From: Phoronis australis
Taxonomy: Eukaryota; Animalia; Phoronida
Reading direction: 5' to 3'
Length of the DNA: 64,000 bases
Assembly: GCA_002633005.1 (NCBI GenBank)
Contig: NMRA01000001.1
Coordinates: forward strand, 3,021,695-3,085,694
Shown: positions 27,730 through 42,317 of the stretch, one piece after another
Layout: every line of letters begins with the position of its first letter
Numbering within the stretch: the stretch's first letter is position 1
Program-made: the position numbers and the translations under genes
The notes under the pieces: model-generated
Database searches by the model: none
The model's input: the letters and a program-made list of their open reading frames with translations, nothing else
Told to the model about the DNA's origin: nothing

Positions 27730-27989
27730 GAATATACCTCGCTGGTTCCCTACGTGCCCAGCCAGCACGCAGGCATCACGCTGTAGCACGCGCTTTAGCA
27801 TTCTCTGCAGAAACGAAATAGTTGCTGCGACGCCACTTGCATGACAAGGCCAAAAATCGTTCACAGTCAGCCATTTTTTCACGGTGTTGTAAAGCTAACC
27901 ACTGATTGCTGAGGTTACATCAGTCAATGCGAAAGCGCGTGCCACTCACTGCGTGATACCTGCGTGCTGGCTAACCAGCGAGCGCATTC
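27730..27989. mobile_element. Foldback/MITE in PPP1R27-like intron 1
   Basis: Arms agccagcacgcaggcatcacgc...gcacgcgcttt and aaagcgcgtgc...gcgtgatacctgcgtgctggct are reverse complements. Confidence 0.75.
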
Positions 27990-30900
27990 TAAGGCTTCTG
28001 CCAGAATCCGACTCAAGTTCACGCATAAGTGAAATATGGGGTAGTCATGTATTGCAGGGGCTATATTAAAGCGCTAACGTGTTAAAAACTCACACACGTT
28101 AACAACCGACAAATTTGAATTCCATTATTGTCTTGCTTGTTCGCGAAGTCCTTGGGTTTACGGAACGCAGCCCTCGGCCAGGTGTTTTATCTTCGTACTC
28201 GAACTAGAAATAATTTAATGCCGTTTTCCGCTCTACTTTTGTTCGAACTAAAGGACATCTGTCTATTTTTCGCTGCACGGGTATATTTTACCTTATGTTG
28301 ATGAGTGTGTAGTTCAGTTATGACCCCTAGGATCGAGCAACAAACTCGAGATTTTCAAGTATAAACTCGAAATTTCGAATTCAAACTCGAATTTATAGTC
28401 CATGACGTGAACCATGATGAACTCAAGCACGGAATAGTGGACACTTATCTTGAAATAGCACAAGAGCAGAACGGAAAATGTCAAAAATAATTTCTAGTTC
28501 CGTATCAAGTTCAGTGATTAGACCCGGGGCACCGGACTCTCAGGTTTGTTTTAAAGAATTCAGTGATGATCTGGTATTTAACCTTTCGTACACCGAAACA
28601 GCGATATATCCAATTAAGGCCATTTTGTGGCAGCAAAGGAAATGGTGTGCTATATCGTATAAATTTCAGATACTCATCTGCACCATGCCCTACGCGATTT
28701 TTTCTCAGGACTTGAACCAAATTTCGTGTTGAAACGCACAAAATTAGACTCGATTGTAACCATGGAATTTAGAAACCGGAAATGTGAATGAAGATGAGTA
28801 CTTATCTTTGCCAAGCTTGAGGTTACTATGCCTAACCCATTTTCAAAACCTTGATGATCAGAAAATCATATGCTCGTGTGCGTTATGGTGGTCGGTCATA
28901 CCAAAAGAACAGATCGTAAAAAGCACAGAGAGCCTTCAGTGTCTCCCCGGGAAACATTCTTTGAAACGTGTGCAGTGTTTACATTATGTAAGAGCGCGTG
29001 GAGGGTAATGACTGACGGGATGTTGAAACCACTGACAATTAACCGTACAGGACCGGTTGTAAATTAGCATAATTTGAGTAGTCGTTATGTTAACAATGTC
29101 CCAGACGGTGTGACAAGCAATGACTAGCATGCATACAAAGTAGTGGAACGCAGACAGCTGCAGTCGAGCTGGAGCAGATATTCAAAGCTTGCTGATCGAG
29201 TGCCTGCTGGTCCGGCCTCAACCGTATGAGACTCCTCATTAGTCTCATTCGAAACCATTGATTGAGCTTATTGGATGGATGTGAAGTTGTTTAAAATGTT
29301 GTTTAAGTGCACTTGATAAGGTTAACGTACGCTTGTCTAGATTATTTGGGCATTTTATGCTAGTGAGCGGGTTACGGAGAAGACTTCGAAATTTTTGACG
29401 AAATCTCAAAATGCGACTACTCGGTCGTTGACATCGCATGACAGTTCGCCAGAAATGGCTTCTGTATTTTATGAAACACAGCATTTTTTATCTTTGTCCT
29501 GATACCGCCAGTGCGCGGTGGCATTCACGCTCACGCTGGTGCCTGGGAGCTCCTAGTGCGCGCCACCTGTGGAGATTTATGGTCCAACATGGTGCTGTCG
29601 CAAGTGCGATTTGTAAGGAAGCGACTGTTTGGACCACTCTGCGTTTGTTATATGTTGACCGATTTCAAAATCTTTTCAGTTCAGCACGCTTTGTTTGATG
29701 ACTAAATATTAATTAATTTCTATTTACAAAACATCTTTATATAACACGAACAGCTTGAGCTGACTAAACAAAAAAATCGGATTATAGAAAGAGGGACATT
29801 TATTGAATATGACAAATTAGCGTGTAAAACAGAGACAGTTGCATACAGTAGTAAACATGGCATTACAGGGGACTCAAGCCGCTAAAACCCCATGAGCCGC
29901 CTTAAAAAATAAAAACGTTAACGTCATTTAATTACACGTACAAAATGAGCCGCAGTACCTAAACATCTAAGTACCGTATAAAACAATCATATCAAAAGAA
30001 AAGAAACTAAAACGGAGAGAAATGAAAACACAAACGTAAAATGCTTGCTGGCAGGACATAAATTAAAACAAAGTTGGAGAAAAAATATTAAACGTAAGTT
30101 TAAATATGTACAGAGAGTGAAGGAAATGGAATGAATGTTATTCGTAAGAATTACATACAAAGCAATATGATATGGTGCAATTTTCTATGTACAGTTCTAT
30201 GGTGTGTTACGCCTTTTACTCTCGTGAAATCGGCCTGATAATACTCCTTACCATGATAGGATTCTATTTCCGTTACTAACAAAAACATCGAAACCACCAT
30301 CAGCGACTCAAGAAAACGCTTCAGATTTTAAGGTGTTGGGACCCGCATTGTGAGGCGCAGAATGGCATCTTTGTCTGCGACTTGAGTTGGTAACGGAAGT
30401 AGAATACTGTCTCGGAAAGTTTGTAGATTTGAAGTTAGTGGTTTTTTTGTTGAAAGAGTATAATTTGGAAATCAATTATTTGATTTGTTTCTATTTGAAT
30501 TTCTTTTTTTTAAGTTTGAAACTGCATTTAAGTGGGAAACAATACCGTAATTTTAAGATGTTTGTTGAATTAAAGGGGTAATAAAGCTAATTCAAAAGAT
30601 GTAAATCAAGATAGCACTTCACCCATCAAACCTTGTGTCCATAATATCCACCATACACCTAAACATAACCTGCGAGTTTACGGTAGTAACCTACCCTCCG
30701 CTTAACCCTCCAAACCTTCCCTCCAGACTTGCTCCGTCCATCCATTTGGATGCGTCAGCTTATTTTACACCTTGCCACATCGAGTGGCATTCTTCGAAGC
30801 ACGACCGCAAATTCTAAATTAAAAACATGTTCTGTAAATTTCACATAAACGTCCGTGTTGAATTTCACGTTTTAAGTGTGGAAAAGGTACGCTTATTAAA

Positions 30901-33900
30901 ACAATCCGATTTAGTATTTGTTTGGGGTTCACTTGTCCGTTCACGTCTGATCGGACTTTTGGCTCTAATTCCCAAATTGAAATGCAGACCACACATGGTA
31001 TTTACACACGATTTGTTATGTTGATTGCGGAATAATCACCCTATGTCTCTCATGTCAGCCAATGAGATGTAAAAAGATCAGGAAGTCCGATAGGAGAAAT
31101 AGTTCAGAATAAATCTTGTGAACAAAACTCAAATCTTTTCGTGGAGACAGATTTTGACGAGAATGGCCCTAAGTAGTGGATTAGTACCGTAGCACGTCAA
31201 GTGTTCTGTACGAAAACGTGGAGTAACCCTATGCTGATAGCTTCTTTAATTGACACGCCAGGAGCAGTTAATTTGTGTTATTGATAACATGGATTTTCCA
31301 TTTTCAAGCAAAACAAGTTTCAACCATAGAATTTTCTCCATCTGAAATGTCTTCAGCGTGGCGAGATGAGGTCTCGTATTCCTGCCTGTCACTTACGTGT
31401 TATTACGTGTGATTTCGAAAATACCGAATTCACCACCTTCTAAAACTTTTCACCATTCAAAGCACGGTATCACATAACGCTATTTGCGCAACTTCGATCC
31501 ACTATCGTTTTAAATCAGTAAACAGTTTTTAAACTTCTGACACGTCTAAATCGATTGACGCAGTTTGTAAAATGTTGTAAGCTGGATTGATTCGATTGCA
31601 AATTTTTGATAAGAACTAAATACTGCTAATAGTATTTTAAGAACGCGTTAACACGTTATTGGAATTTGACTAAGACATCTTATCTATAGCAGAGATATTA
31701 AAATCGATTGCAATACATTCTCTTCATAATTTATGACTTAATATATGTAGGCTTTGGATAAAGCGTTTTGTGATAATAGACAGAAATGATGTAAGATACG
31801 TGAAGTATAATTTCAGGAACTGGGTGTATTTTTCCAACAAACGCAGTTTCATTAGTTGTTCTTGAGTTTAGTAGGAAGACACTATTTGTAAACTACCTTA
31901 TCTCGACGGCAATGGATTTCAAACCTCCTTCCTGTGTCCGATTATATCATACAGTGTTTGTTTTCAGACCGGACATCCTTAAACTTGTGAAATTCGTCTC
32001 TAGTTTGACCTTCGAACTTATGCCTCAAATGGTCAATATTCGGTTTTGACTGATCTGTGAGTAGCTATTGCACTGTTTTAAATTCCACCATAGACGAAGC
32101 AAATTCAAATTAAGTTTTTCAAAACCCATGACTTTCCCATGATATCAAATTTCGTTAATCCGTTTTATTATCGCGGTTGACGGGACGGAGACTGTCCAGC
32201 GATGACTCAAACGGCCCATCATCTTCACACGTCATTCCGCGACATTGCCTATTCTCTGGTAATCAAACACAACCTTCAAATTAGGAAACTACATAATGCA
32301 TGACCTGAATAAGCGACATGGAATTTGGCTCGTTTAGGGACTTTGGAAACGTCCAATGACGAAATCTACACATTATACTGTTAATGACTCGGTTCATTGC
32401 TTCAAAGCAAAATGAGATTTTGAACTGTACCTTAATGACTACGTTCTGTTGTGCAAAGCAAATGAGATTTTCCATTGTTGAGACGGAAGTATTTGCAATG
32501 GGCACTACTCTTGGAAGTAGGAATGTCAATTTTGCCGAGGATAACTATTACCGCATAGTAAATAAATCACTTTGAGATAGACGTGAATTATGAGCGACGA
32601 AATTGTGGAGTGTTAGTTCGATTGTTACGTGTTCATCATAACCTTACAGTTCTGCTTTGGATAACCAGTTTTTAGGATACAGAGAAATAATCACTCTTCA
32701 AAATATGACCTACGAGATTGCGGGCGCCTAGAAATATCGATTTCAATACTCATTAATACTCTACATTTATTGCTCTTTTCAAACAAGCAGTTTTGGCTGT
32801 TTAACAGTTCGCTTATATTTGCATACACGAAAAATCTGATTATAAATTATTAAAGACGTGCGTTGTGCTGTCGCTTGAAAAAAATGTTGAAATTTGGATT
32901 TTAATCATGTGAAGTCCGCGCGCGCCATTGAATCACTTACTATTATACCAGTGTTATCGATAGTTTCTATATCGGAAATGTTTGCCAAGCGACCATTCCT
33001 GCTTTTGACAACTTCGTCTGCTTCCCTTTCTCCTAAATTGTCTCTTTGCCTCACAATTTTTAAGCGCACTAGCGAAATATCGTCCATTCCCACGGAATGT
33101 TGTTTGGCAGTTCTACATGAGCCGACTCGTGGACAAAACGCCACCTGGTGACTGATAGACATGTCTCATCCTATTTCTGAATAGTAGAGGTTCCTATACT
33201 AATCATAAATAACATTTGTTATATTTGTAAATCATTCGACACTACCAAAGATCGAAGTAATTATCTAAGTTTGGGAGGGGTGAGATTAAAATCCGGTTTG
33301 TCACATGTTGACACAGACCCGTAAACATGTAAAAAGTCTGACACTCTGAGAAACGTGTAGGAATAACCCTCATAACTCGTTCTGTCGCAACAGTGAACGT
33401 TCAGTTATTGATGTTAGAAATTATTATCCGTGTTTGGGCTTGTGAGTCTGTTTTCCTTGTTTAACACAATACTCACGTAGTAAGGCTTATTGTGATAACA
33501 AAAACGGTAATAGCACGCAGAAAATGTTTGACAGATATCACCACGTATGCTCCTCTTTAATACTGGAATAAATGTCCAATTATAATCCAATAAGTTTGAG
33601 CTTCTAATCGTGCGAAACGAAAATAGAGGAAACACACGTGTACCCTCGTCATTTAAAACATTTGCTCCCCATCGTTAACAAAATCCCTTCCTCGATTCCA
33701 TGCTCAGTGTTTTCGTGCTTATGTTTCACACGAACTGAGGGAGATATTTATGTACCTAGAAATAACCTTGCTAACTGGTTTTTGTTGAGTAATCTAAAGT
33801 CAATGTTGGTGAATAAGAACTTTAATTTGACCTTTCCAATCACGTACACTTGTTCACGATCCTGCATCATTATGCGAACGGGGTGTGAATAGTTCTGACT

Positions 33901-35523
33901 GCGCCTGATGACCAATACTCTCACCTATACTCATTTAAAGCAAATCCTTACAGTTTAACGTGAGTCTTAATCAGTAACCAAAAAGATTTTGCGCATGTCG
34001 TTTTTCGTAAGATTGTTCTCCCAGATGTGAATAATAATAGATAGCAGCCAACAGATAAATAAACACTTCAGGCATTGTGCAACTGAAAACTTACATTCGA
34101 CATTCGCAAAAATGCAGTTTATCTAGCAATAAAACACTTAGGAACTGTTTTTCCATTTGCCGTACACACTCCATTTGGATAACAAACCATTATCGGAAAC
34201 TAAATTCCTACACTGTGCAATACACCCCCATGTTGGAAAGTTCAGTGTTGTCCTCGAGGCCACGAAAGCAAAGTCTACAGCGGCAGTTAACGGTCATTGA
34301 AATACTTCGGGTGGGGAAACCACGCAAGGCTAGAAGGGCCCATTTTGAGACACGAAAACAGTATTTTACATTTCTAGGTGCACAACCCCGTGGTTGAAAA
34401 GATCATTGGATCGCATTTTGGACATGGGAAGATCTAAGGCATTTTAGAAATTCGACCATCGACAATGTCCGAAGGCCAAAGAATAATAGCATTAATAATT
34501 AACGTATGTCAAGTCTTCGGCTGCATTCTTCCGTTCGAAATGTCCCCGGATGCGTCTGTTGTGTGTTTGTTTTGTAAGTTTCTACGTGAGTGAGAGACTT
34601 ACGGCATGAGACCAAATGCCCCACCTTTATTCACTATGTGTTAAAACATCAGTGTTGAACTAGTTAGTCGCAAGTCTTCTTGGATTTGGAAATAATAAGC
34701 AAATTCCCTAAAAATTGGTACCGTATACGTCACAGCTGCGTCGGTCGTCCTTGATGACCTGATTAGGTTACATCCACAAACTGAGGACCAAATGGCCGGT
34801 GTACATGTCAATTGGGTTTTTGCCCTGTTCAGTGATTATCTGGTTGAGTCGTCCTCATTTCAAGGCAAAATCGTTTTGTCGAATAGTATTGGAACGCTTA
34901 ACCGACACCGAGCCACCAACAGGTCCGCTATTTAACAGCTGGTTGTGATAAACGGGGAATATTTTACAAAACCGTAGAGTCTGTTAACTTGTAGTCTAAA
35001 CGCCTCATAGCAAAAGGTAAAATGCGAGGTCAAGACAACAACTGTTCTTGCCTGTTCTCTGAAATTACTAACTAGGACATGGGTCACGCTCAAGAAGCAG
35101 GTTAGTTTTCCTAATCTTCCTGCGCCTCGGAGAAATTTGATCTTTTACTACTATTCAGATAATTTGGCATAGAGCATCTCCAATCAAGAGTGCTGGTCAC
35201 GTGATCAAAATAACGAACTACATGAGTGCGGATACAGCGCTGGGGGCAGTATAGTTTATTGCTTGTTCCAGCTTGTTTTGAGTGAACATTACAAAGCTGG
35301 CAAAGTTTTCAATCTAAAAATAGAAAACTGTACGCTTCCGAGGTTCATTAATCAAATGTCGCCTAGTTAATGCGAATCCTGAGGTGTCTGTTTATCAGTC
35401 ACCTTTCTGGGTATACAGGATGCTGTGATTTATATGTAGGATTCATAGTATGTTGTATCCTAGTTTATAAAACCTTGCGTTATCTGTATAAGTTAAAACT
35501 TAGATTAATTGGCGATATTTCAG

Positions 35524-35674
35524 GTTTAACACCTCTCCATCAAGCAGTTTTAGACGGAAACTTCCCAGCTGTTAGAATACTTCTCCGCCACGGAGCCAAC
35601 GTGAACCGTCAGGACGAAGACACGTGGACACCGCTCCACGCCGCGTGCGCAGAGGGAAACACGGAAATCATAAA
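35524..35674 (+). CDS. PPP1R27: PPP1R27-like exon 2 (ankyrin repeats)
   Basis: tttcag|...|gtaagc, 151 nt, phase 1-2; GLTPLHQAVLDGNFPAVRILLRHGANVNRQDEDTWTPLHAACAEGNTEIIK. Confidence 0.9.
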
Positions 35675-36453
35675 GTAAGCGAAATAGATGCTTTTATATT
35701 ATTAGTTAGTGGTTGGAATGACTCGAATGTTCTCTTTCCAAACTTAAGGCTGTTCCATTCCTCAACAATGCTCTCCCCCAATATAGTATTGAAAAAATCC
35801 CACCAGTAAAAATTTTAGATTCTAGATTCTTTTGCATTATTAAAAGATTGGTAGACACCGAACTTGAGAAGAATAGAAACAATAACAGTATAGTATTTAC
35901 TATTAATCTACTTATTTTTTATTTTAGTAAATTACTCGTGCTGTCGAAACCGACGAAAAATCCAGCGTAATACCAAACTGAACTAGCATACAAGTGTTTT
36001 ATATGTTGCAAAGTCCTGCTCGATAGTGTCAGATTAGCTGTGTTGTCAACGTTACTACATGACGTGTATAATGGTGAAATATGCTAATGGATACATGTGA
36101 ATAATTATCTTTACTTAACGTCATCAAGTGACGCTAGTGCCGACTTCGGGAATCGGCATCGCTGTGGAAACGTTAATCGCCATTGGTATGTCTGACCAAT
36201 ATTAATATGTGCGACAACGCTGAAAAGCTTCGGACTGGTTACAGGCCTGGTCATTGAGCTGCTCAATCTTATGGTCAGTTTCTTCGCCGCTAATTTCGAA
36301 AGTTGCTCAGTATTTTCACAAAATGATCATTCACATCACCCTCTTTACACATCTTGACGTTGCTTAATTCAGGCGACAATGGTTCCTAGCTTTAGTAGAC
36401 TATTGAAGATTTAATTTTTACAGTCCATCAAGTTATCATGTTTTTGATTTCAG

Positions 36454-36730
36454 ATTTTTGTTAAAACGTGGTGCTGATCCCAATATTCTCAACGACGAAG
36501 GCGAAAGACCAATAGATTTGGTCGATCCATCGGATCTGGCATCGTTTAGCATTCTCCATCCGGTTACAAACCCAAAACACATCGAGGAAGACAGTGAAGA
36601 AAGTGATGACGAAGAGGACGAGGATAAAAATAATAACTGTAAAGAAAATGGACATGAAGACGAGGATGACGATGACATTGATGAAGGAGACGTGATAGTG
36701 AGCCGATTCAGAAACGTAAAATGTGACTGA
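36454..36730 (+). CDS. PPP1R27: PPP1R27-like exon 3 (ankyrin end, acidic tail, stop)
   Basis: 277 nt; FLLKRGADPNILNDEGERPIDLVDP...EEDSEESDDEEDED...KCD-TGA. Total 600 nt, 199 aa. The short RVxF-plus-ankyrin architecture fits PPP1R27 better than the longer PPP1R12/16 proteins. Confidence 0.88.
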
Positions 36731-36992
36731 CTTCCTCCGATCGAGCGCTCATGGGTAGTGAAGACATCTGTGCATGACTATTAGACGACATTAGACAGTA
36801 TTAGACGACATTAGACAAATTACTGGGAGGACTACAGCAGTTATGGTGGAGACGTTAGTCGTGTATCACAAACAAACTTTCACGACAGATTCAAAGAGCC
36901 AAAAGTAGTATACATTTATCGTCAGGACAGTGTAAGCTGCCTTCAATGAGTGTTTGTGTCGGCAATTGCGTTTATTTAGTCGAATACTGTTG

Positions 36993-37630
36993 CTACAAGA
37001 ATTCGATGTTATTTTTGCCCAATAAATGACAGCTCAGTCATTTAGAGATGAAAGTACCAGCGAAGACAATCCAATGTTGCGGCTACATCTCGACTTGTTT
37101 TGCGGACTAAAAACGGAAATCGAATTAAGCTTTTACTGTCATGGAACCGGAAATAGTCCCTATCACAGTAAGCAATATTGTATGAGACCGATTTTATGTT
37201 TATGAGAGTAAAAGGTCTCATTTAAGTTTTGCTTTTCAGCCAGCTTAAGAGGGCGAAATGCGGCTGCGACAAGAATCGAGGTTATTTTTTACTCATGAGA
37301 AATAACTGCTCATTTTCTGAGAAAAGCATCAGCGTAGACAATACAATGTTAATGCTGCCGGCATTTCGACCTGTTTTGCGGACTACCGGTACTAAAAACG
37401 AGAATCGAGTAGACTTTTACTTTCATAGAACCGGAAATAGAATACCATCACGGTAAGCCGGAAATATTATACAGACCGATTTTGTGAGAGTAAAAGGGCT
37501 CGTACAAGTTTTGCTTTTAAGCCAGCATGACAGGACGAAATGCTGTACTAGGCCTACAAGAATCGAGGACTTTTACTCAAGAAATGACAGCTCATTCAGC
37601 GAGAAAAGTATGAGCGAAGACAATCCAAGG
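36993..37630. repeat. Diverged tandem repeat, unit about 280 bp, about 2.3 copies
   Basis: acaagaat recurs near 36995, 37270 and 37557; gaaccggaaatag and gagagtaaaagg each recur twice at the same spacing. Confidence 0.8.
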
Positions 37631-39100
37631 TTCGGAATAAGTTGAAAATATATCGTATGACTGAATTACAACGTAATATTGATATTTGTACAAAGTAGTC
37701 CTGTCAGTAGGTCTGAATTACAAGTCTTCGCTTCTTATCTTGTTTACGGTTCTGGCACAGTAGACAATGGATACATGGGATAGTTACTGTAAAATCGTTA
37801 TTCCTAAGTTCGCTAGGATATGTGGAATCATATATTGGCTAACTCAGGCGTTTTACCTAGCCAACAGTTCTCTCTGTTGTGCCTTGACGCAGATGATCGT
37901 AAACTGAACAGCGGGTGTCTCTTGCGTGAGTGCACGTACTCGACGCTGTCGTTTGCAATCAAATTTATTGGTCGCAAGTGGGTGGCGTTTGCCGTAAAAA
38001 CTTCTGAGAAACTGGTGTGAAACTGTCTCCAAAACATGCACTGAGAGACATTTGGTCATGGTATTGGGCCTTTGATGGTTTCTCATCATTTGCTCTACTT
38101 GAATAGAATCTCACAACTTTTAAAGACAGTTTTTTTAAGAAAAACGAATACACGGGACCGACTGATGGCCAAACCCCGTATTCTCCACATCGAATTAAGT
38201 CTCGAAACTTTCCGTCCACGCTAAATCTTGAGGCCTCCTGGAATCGCAAAAATGTGTTTTTTGCTTCTTCACATCGTTACACTACTCGTTCAAGTTAGTA
38301 TTTGCAAAAACGTTTGATATTTTCTGTAAACAGGGTTTATTTTCTGGTGTCATGACTTGTCGCACAACGCTCATGTTTGCCAACCTTTTAAGTTCCAAGA
38401 GGTGTCACTTGTTTGCCTCTTCAGCTATGCCTACCTCCAGATTTATTAAGATAGCCAGCTTAGGAGATGTGTAGGAAATTCGGGTTTTGACAGCTCTTGA
38501 TATGCCGTGAAAATTGTTGGCTGAAAATCAGGATCGTCCTCAGTGGCTCATCAGGCAGAAAGCTTGGCAACTATGAGAGTCTGCTCTCCATTTCACAATC
38601 ATTGTAATATACCTCAGTATGTATGTGTGGCTTGCCATTGCTGTAAATTGTGCCATTTTAGAAACATATTGTTATGACAATTGTCATTAAAAGTTTGAAA
38701 GCGACTTTTTCTCTTTATTTCTATTTTGTGCGTTCTACATACTCGGCGACCCGAGTAGGCACCGTCTTGTTCTAAACGTAGTAGGTGATAAAGTTCGAGC
38801 CCACCTGTGCACGATTCTCAAAGAGATCCACTCGAGACAACACCACCGATAACGCAGTTCCAAAATACCCACCCTGAAACAAAGCAACACTCCAGACCCC
38901 CGAGGACCGAGATGAATATTAGAACCCGGAAGTAAATACCACTCGACTTGATGTTACGTCCCCGCCAACCCTTCCATGCGATAGGCTCGATCAACATTTG
39001 TTAGAAATTTTTAACTTTTTAAAGAAATCAAATATCTACAGGTTTTCTACTTTCAGAAAATCCGAATAATTTGTTAGCAGCCCCTCTCGAAGACAGTTTT

Positions 39101-39229
39101 TTAAACGCAAGACAGTGTTGTCGGTTGTCATGTATATTCGCTCACTCTCACGTGACCGACAAATATACAGAAAGTTTGAGCGAGCATGCATGAAAATCGT
39201 TAACCGACAACCATGTGTTGTGCGTTTAA
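39101..39229. mobile_element. Short foldback/MITE
   Basis: ttaaacgca...ttgtcggtt...tcgctca pairs with tgagcga...aaccgacaa...tgcgtttaa. Confidence 0.65.
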
Positions 39230-41551
39230 TGAATTCTTTCAGAAAATATGTTTTTATTGAAAATTAAGTTAAAATATAGTTTCTCACATATTTGGTTAAA
39301 TTCGAAGTTTTCCCAATAAGGTCCTACTTTTAAATAACTCTAGAGTAGTCAAAAATAATATTAAAATCAACCTACTGAGCTCGGCAACCCGGCCTTGCCA
39401 TCACTACACGGGTCCCAACATTTCGTTTGAACCGAGGCGTAACTCGAGACTGCATAGAAGCAGTTTAATATTCTTGGTCACATCAGTGATTTCTGATTGA
39501 AGCATCTCCGACTTGTAACTACTCTGGATGTTATACGTGACAACAGAAATAAAGTCTTATTGTGAACATTGGCACGATCAATGTTTCAGGCAAAGGGTTT
39601 TGTTTCTTTTTTATTTTTTTGGTACAATTAAATGAACACGACTGCCTTTTTAATTGTAAAATCCCCTGCAAAAGCTGTTTACATGTCGCTACACAAAGGA
39701 GGCCACACAAACGCAACCTAAAAATTTCCGATTTATGCAAAACTGAACACTGAAGCCAACTCATAAGTTAAAATATTTTATTTCGGAAACAAGAATTCGT
39801 GAAAATACAAGTCATGTAAACGGAATGCACGACAACCCCAAAGTATCGAATAAATCATCACAAGCAATGATACCCAGTCTTCCTCTCTCACAAACAACAC
39901 GGACGTTCTCACTCCCGCCATTCTTGTCTCACAAACACTATCCTTTACTCACAAGCTATAATTCTTTTTCTCATGCACACTTAATTACTAACCGCAGTTC
40001 TTTTCTTACAAACAACGATCATGTTTTCTCACAAATAATTGTGCTATGAGAAAAGATATGCAGCTCATCTGTTCATGAGAGAAGAAATAAAAGGACACAT
40101 ACACTGACAACAAGGATTGAGAAGCAGAGATCGTACAACTCATCCATTGAGCCTCTTTCATTGGACTAGTTGTGGAGAAGTGCCGCTCACTATTTACACG
40201 CGTTTAGCCCAGTTAATACAAGGCCAGCAATTGTGCTTCAGAGTCACACCTTACGGACATAAACGCTTCTATCAAATGAGAAATTTTGACACTGTTGTAA
40301 CTATAATCGATTAGCCCAATGCTATAAACAATCCTTACATTACCAGTGTTGGGTGAATGTATTTCTAATGTAAAAAATGGCGAGATCACCAAACAAGAAG
40401 CTGCAAAATCACTCAGCAGGAACTAAAGTCTCATGCAGCATCATTTTTGAAAACCGCTGTGAGGTTCACGTTTTGGTTTAGAACCCCGTTTGTTTTAGTT
40501 CTTAAATTTGCAGAACTTCTGACAAAACCATGGAATGAAAGACGTTTATTGATTGTCTCAACAGGAAGATTAACTACTGTTAATTGATATGATTTATTTG
40601 AGTTTGAAATTCGCAGCATGGGCTTGAAGAAATTATCGCTGTACGAGTCTTTAACCAGGTAAATAACCGCAAATTTACTAGGGCACATCTATTCTCCTTC
40701 AATAACAACACAGCAGCAACTGGTTGAGCAGAGAACAAGTCATTCGCGGACTTATAAACTAGCTGAGAAAGAAACTGGGCATCGTAAAGCAGTAATAAAC
40801 ATGCCTTTCATTACAAAAACCTTCTTTTGACTTAAACCACTTATGATTATGAAATTGGCTTCTAATTGTTCCTTGGTAAAATTAGAGGTTATTTCAGAGA
40901 TTTGAAGGAACTCACAGTTCCTTATTTATTTCAGACCAAGCCCATAAAAACTCAGGTTACCCGAACGTCTCATGAGCTTGGTCTGAAGAGATAACCAACT
41001 GTGAGAAGAGATCACCCCAGGAAAAAGAAAAGACCAATTTTGTAACCTAAGTGGCCTAAAACAAAACTAGTTTCCTGACAGAAAGCAATGATTCAATGCC
41101 AAAGGTAAATAGCAGTATAACAAACAACCCACAGCTGATTATAGAATAACACACATAAATATTGCACAAGTGCCAAAAACACGATGTTTTAGGTCAGTTA
41201 AACACAAACATAGATGTTCTAATGGCAGTCATGGGGTCTTAACTAACACAGCACCATACAACCATAATGAAACCAGAACTGTCAAAGTTAAGATTGCATA
41301 CAAGCTTCAACAGCTGTTCCAGCCAATCAGGGAACAGGAATTACCAGGGAAAGGCATGTACTACAAAACAAAAAACAACCAAACATGAGATGATTGGTAA
41401 ATTGTGTTCACAGGGCAAATGCGGCTCTGTTCATATTAAAAAATCAACCAGCATAAAATGGACCATTTTGACCCACTCCTAACAGTCTGGATCCATTCTG
41501 TAAATTCGCCACGCTGGGCATCAAAAGATTCGTTAATCTACATATGAAACA

Positions 41552-41788
41552 CAGAGGCGGATCTACAGGGGGGGTTCAGGGGTTCAAACCCCCCCCCTCG
41601 GGACAGGATCAAAAATAAAAACTGGAAAAAAATCGCCAGAAAAACGAAATTAGCTACTAAAAATCAAAAAAAATCTTACACGGGAGGAGGGAAACCCTCT
41701 CGCGACCTTCCTTCTCCTCGGCGCTACGCGCCTCGGATTCTCTCGAATCCTAAACCCCCCCCTTACTGAAATCGTAGATCTGCCACTG
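41552..41788. mobile_element. CAG(T/A)GGCGGAT-type MITE with 5-bp TSD
   Basis: TIR cagaggcggatctac/gtagatctgccactg; perfect TSD AAACA; internal sequence differs from the other two copies. Confidence 0.88.
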
Positions 41789-41978
41789 AAACAACTTTGA
41801 TGAGAAAAAAGAGTAACACAAAACTTCACATTCTCCAATACAGGGATCAAAAAGTCAAGTTGGTTCTGGTCTTAACATCTGCTGTTTTGAAATTTAAACC
41901 CAAACAAATTTATTCTGAAAAGACCTTTAGTTTCTTCCAACACAAAAAATCCAAAATAAAAAATGTGTCACCTCTTAT

Positions 41979-42317
41979 AAGGACACTAAACCCGGTTTTG
42001 GCTTGTTAACAGATTATTGACCACGACTTCCACATCTAGCTTTATAACACTAAAAATAGATCTGTAATCCTTGTCTACCCTCAAATGTTTGAAAACTCTT
42101 TACAAAGTCTGGTGAAGTGCTTTGGTCACCAACGCTTAAGTGGAGTCACATGACAAGCCTGGGGAAAATCACCCACCAAGAATCATAACTGTTTTACAGC
42201 TATACTATGGTTGGGTGTTCTTAGCTGAATCCTGCTTTTGTCACTCAAGTGAGATGTCAGTGGTGCAGGGTGAGACGAGGATTGGTTGGAATCGCCCAAA
42301 CAGGATTTAGTATCCTT
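41979..42317 (+). mobile_element. TTAA-flanked MITE, copy 2 (Kolobok-like)
   Basis: aaggacactaaacccggttttgg...aggattggttggaatcgcccaaacaggatttagtatcctt|ttaa. Confidence 0.75.

Noticed and set aside
32905-33162. Minus-strand 85-aa ORF with protein-like composition inside PPP1R27-like intron 1
   Set aside because: No recognisable homology and no convincing splice partners.
36728-36784. Possible stop-codon readthrough (TGA C) in the PPP1R27-like gene
   Set aside because: The context is TGA-CTT rather than TGA-CTAG, and the extension is short with no motif.
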